Shown: positions 43,764 to 55,063, counted from the stretch's first letter. The stretch: DNA of 64,000 nt from a virus (IMGVR_UViG_2843449061_000008:24102-88101), one strand, 5' to 3'. Notes: generated by a model from the sequence alone, not told the origin. Program-made: numbers and translations.

Positions 43764-46700
43764 ATGACCGATATGCGCCTTACTCGCCTGACCATCGACA
43801 ACGGCTCGGTGGCCGAGGATCTGCGCAAGATCCAGGGCCTGTTCGATGCCGTCGGCGGCTCGGTCGAGAACACCACGAAACGGCTGACGGGCACCTCGCG
43901 CGAGTTCCAGGCTGTCGCCCGGCAGGCGGGCGTGGTGACCGATGCGGGGGCGAAGATTGTCCGCGTGTTCGGCGAGGCGAAGGCGGCCATCGACAAGGGA
44001 TCGGTGTCGGCGGAAGACGGCGCCCGCGCCATGGCGACACTGGCGAAAACCGTGGGCATCACAGGGCAGGGCTTGGTGGAGTTCGTCAACACGGCTCGCG
44101 CGTCCAGAGCCACCCTTGAGGGACTCACCGAGGGCACCAAGGAATACCGAGAGGCGACGGCGGCCCATAACCGGACCTTGGCCGAGGCCATCCAGAAGCA
44201 GCAGGAAAAGCGCCGGGTGGATGAGGGGACCGCGCGCAAGGCCCAGGAAGCGGCCGAGACCACCCTTCGGAATGCTCGGGCCGTCCAGGTTCTGGCCGAG
44301 CAGATGGACAGCTCGACGGCGGCCCAGAACCGGTTTGCCGCCAAACAGCAGGAGGTGATTGACCTCTTCGTTGCAGGTGACCTGAACGGGCGCCAGTTCG
44401 CCAAGGCCATGGAGCACGTCAGCAACTCCTTCGACCCGGCGGTGATCGAGGCCCGCAAGCTCCAGGTCGAGTATCAGAACCTATTGGCGAAGTACGATCC
44501 GGTCCGCGCCGCTGTCCGTGAGCACGGGCAGGAAGTTGTCCGCGCGACCGCCATCCTCGACAAGTCCAACGCCTCCGAGGAGGTCCGCGCCGCGGTGTTG
44601 AAGGGCATCGCCGATGCCTACGATCCGGCGACCAGGGCCGCGAACGAGCGGACAGCCGCTCTGAAGCGGGAGGAGGAAGCGCAGGCCGCCCTGTTGGCCA
44701 GCTACCGCGAACAGGCGGCGCTTGCCCGTTCCAGTGCCGAGGGGCAGGCGACGTGGAGCGCTTATGCCGGCGCGACCACGCCAAAGCCCAAGTCGGCGAA
44801 GGAATCGGCGGACGTCTTCGGTCCCATGCTCGAAAAGCAGGCCCTGGCCGACGAGTGGGAGTCCCTGATCGCCATGGAGGGCTTCGCCCAGCAGGAGCGG
44901 ATCGCCCAAACCAAGGCGGCTGTAGCCTCGAATTGGGAAGCCCAGCTCACCATGGACGCTTGGGGCGCGGCCGAGGCGAAAGCTCGGTTGGCGGCCGAAT
45001 GGCAAGGCATGCTCACCGTCGAGGAGATCAAGACGGCTGAACGCGTGGCGCTGACCAAGGCGGCTGTCGCCGAGAAGTGGGAAGCGCAGATCGCCATGGA
45101 GGGCTTCGCTGCTGCCGAGGCGAAGGCGAAGCTGGCAAACGATTGGGAGGGCATTCTTGCGGCGGAGGGCTTCGCTCAGAAGGAGCGGCTTGCGCAGCTG
45201 GAGCATCACGCCGCCCAAGTCATGCAGGCCGAACTGGACATGGCCAGCTTCGACGCGCCGGCCAAGTTCAACCGGCTGGTGGCCAGCTACGACAAGGAGG
45301 CCACCGACGCGCTGAAGTATGCAAATGCGCTGGGTGAACTGCGGTCCGCAGCTGCTGCGGCTGGAGTTCCTCTGGAGCAGCTTGCTGCGGCTGAGGAGAA
45401 GCTGGCCGCGAAGATGTCGCCCGCAGCCCTGGCTGCGAAACGGCAGGCCGATGAACTGGCAGAACTCCGCCGGACCATCGATCCCATGGGCGAACGCCTG
45501 CGGGACCTGGAGGCGAAGAAGCTCAAGCTCGATGAGGCATTCGCCGCTGGCAAGCTGGGGGGCGGGCAGGCCGAATATGAGGCCCTGTCAGCCGCCTACG
45601 AAAAGCACCGGCTCCAGCTCGTCCGCAGCACCGAAGCGGCGGAAGGGTTCGCGGGCAAGTTGGGTCTGACTCGCGCCCAGATGACGGCACTCGCCCCGCA
45701 GATCAACGACGTGGTGTCCGGCCTGATGATGGGCCAGCCGCCGATGATGATCTTCGTGCAGCAGTCGGGCCAGATCGTCCAGGCGCTCCAGGCCGGCGGT
45801 GCCGAGTTCAAGCTGTTTTCCGGCTCGATGGGGGTTGCCCTCGGCGTGATCGCGGGCGTCACCGTCGCGATGATCGCCCTGGTGGCAGCATCGGAAAGCT
45901 ATCGGAACTCCATCAACGCGGTGAACGACGCCAACCGCATCATGGGCAACGCCACCGGCTACAGCCGGAGCCAGTTGGAGGATCTGGCTGGCTCGCTGGA
46001 CAAGGTGTCCACTCGCTCTGCCCGGCAGATGGAGACTGCCTTCATCCGTATCGGCAATGTCGTTGGCGACCAGTTCAAGGGAGCGATGGAGATCGCCCGC
46101 GACTTTGCCCGCGTGACCGGTCAAGAGGTGCCGGAGGCCGCGCAGAAGCTGGCCGACCTGCTGAAGGACCCGGTTAAGGGCGCCGATACATTGCGCGATA
46201 GCTACCGGGCACTGACGGCGGCCCAGGCGGAGTATGTGCAGCGGCTGGCTGCGCAGGGCGACGTCGGCAGGGCGCAGCAGATCCAGTTGGATGCGCTGAA
46301 GGCCAAGTATCAGGATTTCGCGGACGAGGGCGTGGGCTATCTGGCACGGGCTTACCACTGGCTGCGAACCGGCGTGTCCGACGCCTGGGATTGGATGGGG
46401 CAGATCGGAGCGCCAAAGTCGCTCACGTCGCAGCTTGCCGACGCCGAAGCGGTCGTCGCCAAGATCGAGGCGAAGTTTCGGTCGACCATGGGGCGCGCGC
46501 CGGTCGGCAACGAGCTACGTCAGATTGAGCCGGAAGCCTACGGTGAGGTCGATTCCCTTCGCGCCCGGAAGGCCGTTGAAGAGGCGGTCGCGGCTGCCCG
46601 CGCCGCTGGCGCAGCGGCGGAAGAGCGCCGCAAGGCTGGCCTGTCCCTGTCCAAGCAGATGGACATTGAGATTGGCCAGCAGAACGCCCTGAATGATCAG

Positions 46701-49700
46701 TATCGCGCCTTGGAAAAGTCCGCGGACGCCTACGCGCAGCAAATCGACACCCTCAGCCAGGGCGAGGGCAGGGCTGCTGCTCAGCTCGGGCAGGTTAAGG
46801 AAGCCTACGCGCAGGTTGCCGAAGCGCTTGACCGCGTGAAAAATGCCAAGGCGACCCACCTCAGCGTCTCCGAACGTCTGGCCCGTCAGGACCAGATCGC
46901 GCTCAGCTACGCCACGCAGTACGGCCAGATCGCCGATAGGAACCGCGCCCGCGAACAGGCCGAGTTGGAGATGGCTGGGCAGAAACTGACAACGAAGGAG
47001 CGCGAGGCCAAGATCAATTCTGCGGTTGCGCAGGTGGTTGCCCAGCAGACCGCGGCGGTGACCGGGCAGGTGGTGGCGGCCCGGTCGGCTATTGTATCGC
47101 TCGACCTGCTGACCACGGCATACGGCCGGAACGCTGCCTCTGTCCGTGACGCTGAATTGGCCCAGAAGGTCATTCAGGCAACCATGGGCATGGCGCCCGA
47201 CCTCGCCCGGCAGGTGGCCCATGCCATCACCGAACAGGAACTTGCCCAGCGCCGGCTGAACGCCGCCACCTACGCGGCCAACCTGCGCGATCAGGTTGAG
47301 GACGCCCAGCGGCTGGCGGACGCCTGGACATTCGGCGCCGCGGCGGTTCGCGAGGCCGCTCTGGCGAACGAGGTGCTGGCAGAGGCCCGCAAGCGCGGGC
47401 TGGATGCTGAGCGAGACGCCGACACGATCCGCGGCATTGCCGAGGGCGTGGCAGCGCGTGATATGGCCCAGCGTGCCCAGACTTTCGGGCAGATGGCGGA
47501 GGAGCAGCGGCAGGCAGTTGCTTTGGCGAATGCCGAATACGCCATGCTCGGCCAGAGCAACGCTGCTCGCGCCCAGCAGGTTGCCATGCTTCAGGCTGCG
47601 AACGACCTGCGGGCCAAGGGCGCCGACCTGACGGACGCCGGCACCCAAGCCTACCTCAAGCAGGCCGGCGAACTGGCGCGCGTCAACAGCATCCTCCAGG
47701 AGACTGCCCAGAACGCGGCCAATATCGCCCAGCCGATCAGCACGGCATTCGAGGATGTGCTGGTCGGCGCGAAAAAGGCTGGGGAGGCCATCGAGGCGCT
47801 GGGCGAAGACCTGAAGCGCATCTTCGTCCGGCAGACCATCACCAAGCCGTTCGAGACGCTTGTCAGCGGAGAGTTGACCAAGCTGATGGCTGGCCCCGTC
47901 GCGGTGGCCAACGACAACACGCCGCGGGCGGCGGCCGATGCCAGCCTGTTGGATCGGATCGTCGGCAAGGTCAACGGAGGGTTGGGCAGCACCGCCCACA
48001 ACGCGATGTGGGTCCGGGTGGCTTCAGGCGTGGCGGCGCTCGATGCCTCCGGTTTGGCGGCTCGGACCCTGACCGGGCCGGTGCCGGTGGCGGTGAAGGA
48101 CGCCGGGGAACTGGAAGGCGTGATCCAGACGGCGAGCACCAAGTACGGGGTGGATGCCAACCTCATCAAGGCGGTGATCCAGAAGGAATCGACCTGGAAC
48201 CCGAACGCATTGAACGGGTCCGGTGCCGCTGGCCTGATGCAGGTTATGCCCGCAAACTGGCGCGCCTACGGCATTACCAATCCATATGACCCGGCGCAGA
48301 ACATCGAGGCCGGGACCAAGATCCTTCGCGAGAAGCTGGACCAAGCCGGCGGAGATCTCGCTGCAGCATTGTCCGCATACAGCGGACACGTCAAGTCGGA
48401 CGGTACCGCCTACGTCAAAGCCGTGATGGCCAACAAGGAGGCCTACGACCAAGCCGGAGCGTCGACGGTTGCCCTTGCGGGCGCCCAGACCCAGGCGGCT
48501 TCGGCAGCGTCGGTGCTCACCAGCGAGCAGCGCAAGGTGATCGACGCTGCGCTTGGCAGCCAGAAGGCCACGTCGGAGGTCACCGACAAGCAGGATGCCC
48601 TGGCGGACGGGCTGGGCCACTTCCGGGAATCGCTGGAGGCGGAGACCAAGTCGCGCGACCAAGCGGTGAAGTCGACCCAGCAGCTTATGCAGGCCCAGCA
48701 GACCGCGGCGGCGGGCATGGTCGGCGGGACGCAGGCGGCTCTCGGTGGCATTATGTCCCTGTTGGGCGGGATCACCGGCAGTGGTGCCGTGTCAGTCGGC
48801 GGCAGCGTCATCTCTGCCGGTGGGCCACAGGGTATCTCTTCGGCGCTGGGCAGCGTGTGGAACGGGTTGTCCGGCGGCAGCTTCGGCGACACCAGCTTGA
48901 GCGGCGTCAAGTCCTGGCTTAACAGCACGGCATGGGGCGGCGGCACGGCCCCCAAGACGACCGCCGTGACGAAGGCCGGGAACGGCATGCTGGCGGGTGG
49001 CGAAGGTGCCCAGACCGGCATGGGCACCGCCCCGGTGGCGCCTGCGGTGACCTGGGGCAACGTCGTCGGCGGCGGCATGACCGCTGTCGGTGGCGCCATG
49101 CAGATGTCCCGCGCGCAGAACGCCGGCCAGAGCATCGGTGGGGCCGCGCAGATGGCCGGCGGCGTCATGATGATGATCCCCGGCCTCCAGGTCGTCGGCG
49201 GTCTGGTCGCGCTCGGCGGCACCCTCATCTCGGCATTCTCGTCCGGCAACAGCCGTGGTGACCCCTACAGCGTCACCAACCTGTCGCTCAGCCGCGGGCG
49301 CTTCACGCGCGGCTCTTTCGCTGGCGACAATGAGGGAGATCCGGCGAAGTGGAACAGCGCCGTTGAGCAGGTCGCCGGCAAGCTCAACACAATCATGGAC
49401 ACCTATGGGCTTGTCGCTGGCAAGCTGACCAACGTCGCGGTCGGCGAGCGGAACGCCAGCCCGGAGCAGGCCATGCTCCAGGCCCTGCGCAGCCTGAAGT
49501 CGGACAACGGCGACATCGCGTGGGTGCTCGCGAACGCGGTCGGCGACGACCTCGACGCCGCGGTCAAGGCCATCGACTTCGCCAGCAAGTGGCGGGACAC
49601 CGTGGCGTTGTGGAACAGCGGCATGGACAGCATCGTCGCAGCGACACAGCAGGGCACCGCGGCGGCGAACGCCTTCGGGAAGTCTGTGCTCCAGTTTCTC

Positions 49701-52700
49701 GACGGCGCCGCAGCGACCTACGACGTTGCGGCGCTGACCGCCAAGGCGGGCGGCAAGACCGGCAACGCGGCCTTGGACAAGCTGCTGGCCGGTCTGCCCG
49801 GCTACGCCACCGGCACGCCCTCGGCCAAGTCCGGGTGGGCCGTGGTCGGTGAAGAAGGTCCAGAGCTTGTCAAGCTGGCCGGCGGCGAACGGATCTGGAA
49901 TGCCCGTGAATCGGCGCGGATGGTGGCGGGGCTCGGGCAGGGCCGCGACACGGAGCTGGTCCACGTCCGGCCGGACGAACTGGCCTGGATGCACAAGACG
50001 CTGGGCGGCGGTCGCATCAACCCGGTGACCGGCCTCCCGATGTTCCTCGAAGGCGAGACCGGCGGCGTGTCGGACACCGGGTCCGGTGGCGTCGGCGGCA
50101 TGGGCGGGAACTCGGACGGCTACGGCGGACACACCGACCGCGATGGCGGCTTCACGGCGTCCGAGAACAGCGGCGGGATTGGCGGTTTCATTAGCACAAT
50201 CTCTACCGCCATCAGCAACGCGGCCCGCGCCGTCGCCAATGCCCTCGGGCTGGAAGCGAAGGAAGCTCACGCCCTCGTCGGCATGGTCGGTCTTGCCCCG
50301 ACCGCCGCAATCGCTGGCATGCGCGCCGCTGCCGAGTTTGCAGGCAAGGGCCTCGCCGCAGTATTCGGCCCCGGCGATGCCCCGGCGGTTGCAGGGCCAG
50401 GAGACCCCGGCATGTCGCCGACCGGCGGTGATTTCGCCGCGACCGAGGCCGTGCTGACGAAGCTGCTCGATGCCATCAAGGCCGACCCGACCGGTGCGGT
50501 TGGAAGCAATGTAATTGGGTCGCTTGAGGCCGGCGCCACCGGCTACACCGTCGCCCAGATCGCCGGCGGGTCATCCGACGCCTATCTGGCCGGTGTGCGC
50601 GGTCAGGGCGGCGAGGCCAAGGTCGCGGCGCTTGCCGAAGACCTGGATGCCGCTGTGCAGTCCATCGCCGAGGCGGGCGTGACGATCCCCGACGTGCTGC
50701 GGCAGGCGCTGGAGAAGACCAACGCCTACGCGAACTCGCTCGGCATCACCCCGGCGACCGAGAAGCGCGAGACGACCGAGCGTCTGTTCAATTCGGCGCT
50801 GGGCGAGCAGGGGTTGAGCACCGATCGCTACGGCGAGGTGATGGGCGTCGTGCAGTCTCTGGCCGATGGCACCTTCAGCGCGGTCGGGAAGGACTTCCAG
50901 CTCCTCGCCGACGACATGGTGAAGTCGATGGCGGCGATGTCCAGCGCCGGCATGCAGGTGCCTCCGGCGCTGGAAGCTGCCGAAAAGCGGATGCTTGCCC
51001 TGGTCGCGGCGAAGGCACGCATCGACGCCGAGATTGCCGGGATCACCGACACCAGCACCGACTATCAGAAGCAGGTCGCGCAGCTCACCGGCTACTGGTC
51101 TGCCGCTTCCACCGATCTGGTCAAGGCGATGCAGGCTGTCGGTTACGAAGGCGACGTGCTGACGGCGAAGCTCGGCGAGGGCCTGAAGAACGCGCTGGAG
51201 AAGCTGAACAAGGAGACGGCCAAGAGCTTCGACACCGCGTTGCGCGGGGCGGAGGGGCGCAGCTACATCGATGATATCGCCGGGATCAGGGAATGGTGGG
51301 ACAAGCACGCCACCGACATGGTGCTGGCCGGACGGAACCCGAACGACCTCTACGCCGCCCGAGCGGAAAAGGCGCTTGAAGGTCTGAGCGTCGACCAACT
51401 GAACGACGTCATCACGACTTTCCGGGGCGTCGATGACGTGATGGTTGGGTTTGCGCAGCACGCCCGCGAGATTGCGCTGTCCAAGGCGATGACCGACCTC
51501 GATCAGCGCTACCGGGCCGCCGAGGTGTCGCTGGGGCAGCTTTCGCAAGAGGAGTTCGACCGCTACGAACTCAACCTGAAGCACACCGACGAACTGGCCG
51601 ATGTGACCGACACCGCGGTGCGGGCACGGTTGCTCGAAGTCCAGGCCATTGAGAAGCAGGCCAAGGCCGAGGAGGCGCTGACCAAGAAGCGGGAGGAACT
51701 CCTGCAAACCGGCGGCTCCGTCCGCGGCTGGCTGGACCAGAAGAACGCCACCGCCGGCACCAGCGTCACCCCGCAGGATGCGCGGGACGCCGCGCAGGCG
51801 CAGTTTGCCCGCGACTTGGCGTTGGCCCGTGGTGGCGATGTGGAAGCCTATGGCCGCTTGACGGGTGCCGCCGACCGGCTGCTGTCGTCGCAGGAGGCGC
51901 TTACGGCCAGCGGCACCGAGACGCAGACGATGCGGGCGTGGGTGATGTCCAGCCTGGAAAACCTGCCGGCGACCAAGAGCTACGATCAACAGATGTTGGA
52001 GGAGCTGCGGAAGCTCGGTGGCTCGGTGAACGTGCAGGTCGAACTCACCACCGTCAGGATCATCACCGAGCAGCTATCCGCTCTGTCCGACGCCGACAAG
52101 GCCAAGCTGACGCAGGCGGCGCTGGTGCTGCGCACGGTGGAGGAGCGCATCGGCCGCTTCCTGTCTGACGCCGAACTTGGGCAGCTTGTGGACAACGCCC
52201 TGGTGACCCGCGATGTGCAGCAGACGCTGGGTCGCGACCTCACCGACGCCGAACGGACGGCGCTGGTGGGCGGCGGGAACGTGCTGCGGACCGTTGAGCA
52301 GCTCATGGGCCGGACATTGACCGCGGTGGAGGTGGAATCCATTGTCCAGTCCGGGTCGGTGTCCCGCAGCATCGAGCAGGCCATCGGGCGCAGCCTGACG
52401 GCGGCGGAGGTGGCGTCCATCGTTGAGGCCGGCGCGGTGACCCGGTCCATCGGTCAGTTCCTCGCCCGCGACTTGTCGGCGCCGGAGGTTGCCGCGCTCG
52501 TGGTGGGCGGGGCCGTCGAGCGGATGGTCGCCCAGCAGCTTGGCCGGGACCTGACCGACGCCGAGCGAGCGGGGCTGGTGACCGCGGCTACGGTCATCCG
52601 CAGCGTCGAGCAACAGCTTGGCCGTCCGCTGACTGCCGCCGAGCAAGCGGCCATCATCCTGCCGGGGTCGGTTCAGCGGACCATCGGCCAGCAGATTGAC

Positions 52701-53483
52701 CCGGCGACGGGCGCCGTGCTGGTTCCCGGTGGCACGGTGACGCGCACGGTCACGCAGTCGGTGGAGACGACGGAGACGGTGCAGATCAGCAGGTCGATAG
52801 ACGACAAGCTGTCGAGCATCCTGGCCTCTATCAAGGAGTCCTCCGCCGGAATCAACACGTCCGCTGCCGGGATGCAGAAGCTGCTGGAGCGGGCGGTGGA
52901 CGGCGACGGTCTCATGGTCCGCACCCGCCCGACCGGCGACCCGCGCCAGTGGGTGGCCTTCGAACAGGGCGGCGTCGTGCCGGGCTACGAGAATGGTGGG
53001 ATCGTCGCCAACGGCACCCCCGGTCGGGACAGCGTGGTTGCCCGCGGGCCGGGCGGCATGCCGATCTGGCTGGCCGGGCTGGAGGGCATCCTGACAGCGC
53101 CGGCCACCGCCGCCATCGGTGGCAAGTCGACCATCGACTACATCAACGAGCACCACGCCCTGCCGGGCTGGGGGCGTGTCGGGTACGAGGCTGGGGGCAT
53201 CACGCCACCGGCCAACGACCTCTGGGCACCGGACGTCACGCCGATCCGGCGGCAGGACTACGTCCCGGCGCAGGGCCGGTCCGGCAGCGACGAGCGCACG
53301 GCAGCTGAGCTGCGGCTGCTTCGGCAAGCTGTCGAGCGCTTGGCACGCATCCTGGAGCGAAACGAGGGCATGGACCAGGAGCAGCGCGCCAAGATCGCCC
53401 AGCAGCATGCGGACTTGCTCGACCGCATTGCCGATGCCGCCGAGGGCATGGACAAGAAAATCACCGGGACCGGAGGGTTCTGA
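43764..53483 (+). CDS. Very large tape measure protein (3239 aa) with a lytic transglycosylase (SLT) domain and C-terminal 26-aa repeats
   Basis: LAPQINDVVSGLMMGQPP..IFVQQSGQI (lambda-type TMP motif); KYGVD..LIKAVIQKESTWNP.A...GAAGLMQVMP (SLT, about 48120-48400); GYATGT...VVGEEGPEL. Confidence 0.9.
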   Translation: MTDMRLTRLTIDNGSVAEDLRKIQGLFDAVGGSVENTTKRLTGTSREFQAVARQAGVVTDAGAKIVRVFGEAKAAIDKGSVSAEDGARAMATLAKTVGITGQGLVEFVNTARASRATLEGLTEGTKEYREATAAHNRTLAEAIQKQQEKRRVDEGTARKAQEAAETTLRNARAVQVLAEQMDSSTAAQNRFAAKQQEVIDLFVAGDLNGRQFAKAMEHVSNSFDPAVIEARKLQVEYQNLLAKYDPVRAAVREHGQEVVRATAILDKSNASEEVRAAVLKGIADAYDPATRAANERTAALKREEEAQAALLASYREQAALARSSAEGQATWSAYAGATTPKPKSAKESADVFGPMLEKQALADEWESLIAMEGFAQQERIAQTKAAVASNWEAQLTMDAWGAAEAKARLAAEWQGMLTVEEIKTAERVALTKAAVAEKWEAQIAMEGFAAAEAKAKLANDWEGILAAEGFAQKERLAQLEHHAAQVMQAELDMASFDAPAKFNRLVASYDKEATDALKYANALGELRSAAAAAGVPLEQLAAAEEKLAAKMSPAALAAKRQADELAELRRTIDPMGERLRDLEAKKLKLDEAFAAGKLGGGQAEYEALSAAYEKHRLQLVRSTEAAEGFAGKLGLTRAQMTALAPQINDVVSGLMMGQPPMMIFVQQSGQIVQALQAGGAEFKLFSGSMGVALGVIAGVTVAMIALVAASESYRNSINAVNDANRIMGNATGYSRSQLEDLAGSLDKVSTRSARQMETAFIRIGNVVGDQFKGAMEIARDFARVTGQEVPEAAQKLADLLKDPVKGADTLRDSYRALTAAQAEYVQRLAAQGDVGRAQQIQLDALKAKYQDFADEGVGYLARAYHWLRTGVSDAWDWMGQIGAPKSLTSQLADAEAVVAKIEAKFRSTMGRAPVGNELRQIEPEAYGEVDSLRARKAVEEAVAAARAAGAAAEERRKAGLSLSKQMDIEIGQQNALNDQYRALEKSADAYAQQIDTLSQGEGRAAAQLGQVKEAYAQVAEALDRVKNAKATHLSVSERLARQDQIALSYATQYGQIADRNRAREQAELEMAGQKLTTKEREAKINSAVAQVVAQQTAAVTGQVVAARSAIVSLDLLTTAYGRNAASVRDAELAQKVIQATMGMAPDLARQVAHAITEQELAQRRLNAATYAANLRDQVEDAQRLADAWTFGAAAVREAALANEVLAEARKRGLDAERDADTIRGIAEGVAARDMAQRAQTFGQMAEEQRQAVALANAEYAMLGQSNAARAQQVAMLQAANDLRAKGADLTDAGTQAYLKQAGELARVNSILQETAQNAANIAQPISTAFEDVLVGAKKAGEAIEALGEDLKRIFVRQTITKPFETLVSGELTKLMAGPVAVANDNTPRAAADASLLDRIVGKVNGGLGSTAHNAMWVRVASGVAALDASGLAARTLTGPVPVAVKDAGELEGVIQTASTKYGVDANLIKAVIQKESTWNPNALNGSGAAGLMQVMPANWRAYGITNPYDPAQNIEAGTKILREKLDQAGGDLAAALSAYSGHVKSDGTAYVKAVMANKEAYDQAGASTVALAGAQTQAASAASVLTSEQRKVIDAALGSQKATSEVTDKQDALADGLGHFRESLEAETKSRDQAVKSTQQLMQAQQTAAAGMVGGTQAALGGIMSLLGGITGSGAVSVGGSVISAGGPQGISSALGSVWNGLSGGSFGDTSLSGVKSWLNSTAWGGGTAPKTTAVTKAGNGMLAGGEGAQTGMGTAPVAPAVTWGNVVGGGMTAVGGAMQMSRAQNAGQSIGGAAQMAGGVMMMIPGLQVVGGLVALGGTLISAFSSGNSRGDPYSVTNLSLSRGRFTRGSFAGDNEGDPAKWNSAVEQVAGKLNTIMDTYGLVAGKLTNVAVGERNASPEQAMLQALRSLKSDNGDIAWVLANAVGDDLDAAVKAIDFASKWRDTVALWNSGMDSIVAATQQGTAAANAFGKSVLQFLDGAAATYDVAALTAKAGGKTGNAALDKLLAGLPGYATGTPSAKSGWAVVGEEGPELVKLAGGERIWNARESARMVAGLGQGRDTELVHVRPDELAWMHKTLGGGRINPVTGLPMFLEGETGGVSDTGSGGVGGMGGNSDGYGGHTDRDGGFTASENSGGIGGFISTISTAISNAARAVANALGLEAKEAHALVGMVGLAPTAAIAGMRAAAEFAGKGLAAVFGPGDAPAVAGPGDPGMSPTGGDFAATEAVLTKLLDAIKADPTGAVGSNVIGSLEAGATGYTVAQIAGGSSDAYLAGVRGQGGEAKVAALAEDLDAAVQSIAEAGVTIPDVLRQALEKTNAYANSLGITPATEKRETTERLFNSALGEQGLSTDRYGEVMGVVQSLADGTFSAVGKDFQLLADDMVKSMAAMSSAGMQVPPALEAAEKRMLALVAAKARIDAEIAGITDTSTDYQKQVAQLTGYWSAASTDLVKAMQAVGYEGDVLTAKLGEGLKNALEKLNKETAKSFDTALRGAEGRSYIDDIAGIREWWDKHATDMVLAGRNPNDLYAARAEKALEGLSVDQLNDVITTFRGVDDVMVGFAQHAREIALSKAMTDLDQRYRAAEVSLGQLSQEEFDRYELNLKHTDELADVTDTAVRARLLEVQAIEKQAKAEEALTKKREELLQTGGSVRGWLDQKNATAGTSVTPQDARDAAQAQFARDLALARGGDVEAYGRLTGAADRLLSSQEALTASGTETQTMRAWVMSSLENLPATKSYDQQMLEELRKLGGSVNVQVELTTVRIITEQLSALSDADKAKLTQAALVLRTVEERIGRFLSDAELGQLVDNALVTRDVQQTLGRDLTDAERTALVGGGNVLRTVEQLMGRTLTAVEVESIVQSGSVSRSIEQAIGRSLTAAEVASIVEAGAVTRSIGQFLARDLSAPEVAALVVGGAVERMVAQQLGRDLTDAERAGLVTAATVIRSVEQQLGRPLTAAEQAAIILPGSVQRTIGQQIDPATGAVLVPGGTVTRTVTQSVETTETVQISRSIDDKLSSILASIKESSAGINTSAAGMQKLLERAVDGDGLMVRTRPTGDPRQWVAFEQGGVVPGYENGGIVANGTPGRDSVVARGPGGMPIWLAGLEGILTAPATAAIGGKSTIDYINEHHALPGWGRVGYEAGGITPPANDLWAPDVTPIRRQDYVPAQGRSGSDERTAAELRLLRQAVERLARILERNEGMDQEQRAKIAQQHADLLDRIADAAEGMDKKITGTGGF

Positions 53484-55057
53484 TGCCGACAATCCACCTG
53501 ATCGAGCTGGACGCCTATCATCTGGCGTCCGGCCACACCCACCGTTGGTTCCTGGCGACCAAGCCGGGTTACCGGTCTGGTCCCGGTGACACGCCGAAAT
53601 CGCTGCCCTGGTTGCCCCTGGTCGGCAAGCCCTCCGACGTGTCGCTGTCCATCGCCAGTCTTGGCGAGACGATGGGGGCCACGCGGGTCACGCTGGGCAG
53701 CGTCGAACTTGACAACGCCCGCGATTGGCAGGGGGAGCGGCAAGCCCGGGTCTACGACGTGACGGCGGACGCCTGGATCACCGTCACGCTGCCGGTCCGG
53801 CCACTCAACCCGCTGTTGACCGATTACGCCCTGGCCGGCTGGCCGCTGACGGAGAAGGTCATCGAGGAGGGGGCGCCCTACAGCACCGCCCAGGTCGTGG
53901 CCAGCGTCACGATGGAGATGCCGGACCCGGACTCTAAGCGCTCCACCATCAACTTGGCGGTCCGGGGCCGGGAAGCCGACTTTGACGATCCGCTACTGAC
54001 CGACAAGTACACCACGAGCGATGGCGAATCCCTAGCTGACCGGACGAAGGAGCGGCTGTTCGGCCATGCGTTTCAGGAGCCGACCTACCTCGGCATCATC
54101 GGCGGGCTGCACCACTGGTCGCACAACGGCGGTCACCCCATCGAGGACGTGCCGGTGTTCTGGGATCGTGCCTTCCGGCTGACCAAGCGCACCACCGGCA
54201 CGCCGGCAGCCGGAGAGTTCAAGACGGACCCAGCCACGGGTATCACCGTCACCGGCAGCCGCCCACCGGAACCAATGTGCGAGGTGAAGGGCGACAAGAC
54301 CGGCGGCGTCTGGCGCCGCTACGTCGGTGAGCTTGCCCAGCATCTCGCGGTGACCGTGGGCGGCAAGGTGCCGCTGGCCCGGATGGACGCCGTATCGGTC
54401 ACAACACTGGACGCGGTCCCGCGCGAGGTCGGCTACGCAATTCCGACCGGTTCCAGCCCGACGCTGAGGGAAGCGCTGGACAAGCTGCTCGGCTCCCTGG
54501 CGCGCGGCTACTGGATCGTGACAGCTGAGGATCTGCTGACCGTCGGTCGGTTGCTGGCGCCCGCGGCACCTGCGGCCCGCGTCTATCGGCGGGGGATTAA
54601 CACGCCGGGCCTGACGCCGCGCAACACCAACGATCGAGGCCTGCCCGCGAAGACGGTGACCCTGCGCTATGCCGGGCTGCCAAAGGTGACGCAGACCATC
54701 GTCACCGAGGCGACCGAAGCGGACACCCAACTGCACAAGGCTCTGTGGCGCGAGGTAACCGACACCGACGCGGCAACTGCCGCAGCCTATCCCGGTGCTC
54801 GGTCGCCCACGGTCGAAACCCTGCTGTGGGACCGCACCCAGGCGGTGGCCGAGCAGGCGGAGTTTCTGGCCGAGCTGAAGCAGGTCCGGCGTGTCTACGA
54901 CTTGGTCGCACAGGACGGCGCTCCCGGCATCGACCGGCGGGCCGTGCTTCAGGTCTTCGATGACCTGGCCGGCTATGAGGCCGGGCGCCTCGTCACGGTC
55001 ATCGGGCGGATCAACAACGCCCGCAGCAAAATCCCCACCCTGGTCGTTCGGGAGTAG
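53483..55057 (+). CDS. Tail tip / baseplate hub-like protein
   Basis: Overlaps the TMP stop; 524 aa; positional evidence. Confidence 0.6.
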   Translation: MPTIHLIELDAYHLASGHTHRWFLATKPGYRSGPGDTPKSLPWLPLVGKPSDVSLSIASLGETMGATRVTLGSVELDNARDWQGERQARVYDVTADAWITVTLPVRPLNPLLTDYALAGWPLTEKVIEEGAPYSTAQVVASVTMEMPDPDSKRSTINLAVRGREADFDDPLLTDKYTTSDGESLADRTKERLFGHAFQEPTYLGIIGGLHHWSHNGGHPIEDVPVFWDRAFRLTKRTTGTPAAGEFKTDPATGITVTGSRPPEPMCEVKGDKTGGVWRRYVGELAQHLAVTVGGKVPLARMDAVSVTTLDAVPREVGYAIPTGSSPTLREALDKLLGSLARGYWIVTAEDLLTVGRLLAPAAPAARVYRRGINTPGLTPRNTNDRGLPAKTVTLRYAGLPKVTQTIVTEATEADTQLHKALWREVTDTDAATAAAYPGARSPTVETLLWDRTQAVAEQAEFLAELKQVRRVYDLVAQDGAPGIDRRAVLQVFDDLAGYEAGRLVTVIGRINNARSKIPTLVVRE

Positions 55058-55063
55058 CAGCCC

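Noticed and set aside
42494-53492. Minus-strand ORFs opposite the chaperone and tape measure genes
   Set aside because: Shadow ORFs with no recognisable domains.
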